Of a DNA stretch of 64,000 nt, positions 62,813 through 64,000 are shown one piece after another. The DNA is taken from positions 11,515,815-11,579,814 of the forward strand of contig NC_068984.1 of the NCBI RefSeq assembly GCF_001194135.2. Reading direction: 5' to 3'. The stretch's first letter is position 1, and the number at the start of each line of letters is the position of its first letter. Made by a program: the position numbers and the translations under genes. Under the pieces are notes generated by a model. It ran no database searches. It was not told where the DNA came from and saw only the letters and a list, made by a program, of their open reading frames with translations. This stretch comes from Octopus bimaculoides (Eukaryota).

Positions 62813-64000
62813 ATAGCAGAAAAGAAAAGAAAAAAAAAACTTCGGTTAAAAAGGCGGGATGATCACGAGTGGAATGCTTTTGAATATACATCCTCGGGAC
62901 TGTTCCACTGAACTAAAAAATATAAAAATATCTAAATTTCAATTCTTAACTCTCATAATCTTATGATTGTTGAATTCAATATACTGCGATATATTTATTC
63001 TTTAGTAAATATTATTATCTTTACACGAGTAGGCAATAACATTTTTGGCGCTCTCATCTTATACAATAAGTCTATTATCTTTTTATAAGCAACAGGATGT
63101 TTTGTACTCCTGGACACCTGAATCCAAGAATAACTATCTTTCTCGTTCCCAACTCTACTACATTTTCGTCTTTGAAAACCCCATGCCCCGTATCCTAAAT
63201 TAATTTTCCTCTCCTTGAAAATCCCAGGTTTCAATGATGTCCCCAGTAACGAATAGGAAGCTGCTACATTCTTTGATGATATTGTTCCAGCACGTTACGA
63301 TCAACTCTATCACGTTTCTGTTGCTGCTATCACGTTGCTTGGCAGATGAAAACTTGATTGTTCACTGAAGCATTTAAAAGAAACCTAGCATGAGCGGAGC
63401 TGTTTCTATCAAACTCAAAATCTATTTGCAATGTTTTTTTTTTAATATTTACACTTATATTATAACCAGTATATATTACATAATTGCTTAGTAGCATCTA
63501 TGTAATCACAGTGTTAATGGTTTCCAATATTCGCGGCAAAACATCTTACATATAAATAAGTAGATAAGTTGAAGTAAAAAAAGAAACTAACATAAAATAA
63601 ATAAAAGATATAAATCTAGATAAAAACTAACAAAATGCAATAGCATAAAAACGTAAAATGTATGAAATAAGTAAAAATAAAATATATAAAGAAACTCAAT
63701 AAAATTAAATTCAATTTAAATTTAAATAAAATAAAAATAAAATAAATACAATAAATAGAACAAAATAAATAACAAATAAAAGCAATTAGATAAAAAAAAA
63801 ACATAAAGGAAAGAAAATAAATAAAAATTCAGTAAAATAAAATGATAAAAATAAAATAAAAAATTCCAATCAAAGCAAATCGAAACATGCGAAGGGCAAT
63901 GACATTCAAAGTAATATAGGGAAGTTATCTCCCTTGAATTTATTGTTGTTATATTCGTCCTCACGTTGCATGACAGATGATCAGGGAAACCTGTCAGGTA

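Noticed and set aside
62995-63290. About 99-codon open frame on the minus strand
   Set aside because: No recognisable homology, start or splice sites; this length can arise by chance in 64 kb.

Overview
AT-rich, repeat-dense eukaryotic genomic DNA from a gapped scaffold (10 N-runs). The SINE families match those I recall from Octopus/coleoid genomes; the taxon is inferred, not shown. Two spliced genes were reconstructed by hand on the minus strand. LIN37 (MuvB/DREAM subunit) is complete: 8 coding exons, 43757->32651, 237 aa. HDAC11 is partial: its first 4 coding exons run 25799->1597 and the gene continues off the left edge. A possible third, unidentified spliced gene lies on the plus strand around 54.0-56.9 kb. 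The rest is mostly mobile DNA: four SINE/SINE-like families, a full-length decayed mariner, RTE LINE fragments, a HERO-type RLE retrotransposon end, a Ty3/gypsy RT-RNaseH relic, a hAT element, an ISL2EU-like TIR element, several MITEs and microsatellites. The most notable observation is two unrelated fold-back elements (11.5-11.9 kb and 29.8-30.2 kb), each carrying a minimal type I hammerhead ribozyme motif whose better-preserved copy is on the same strand as the two genes. No ribozyme activity, expression or database match could be tested here. Boundaries of dispersed repeats are approximate.
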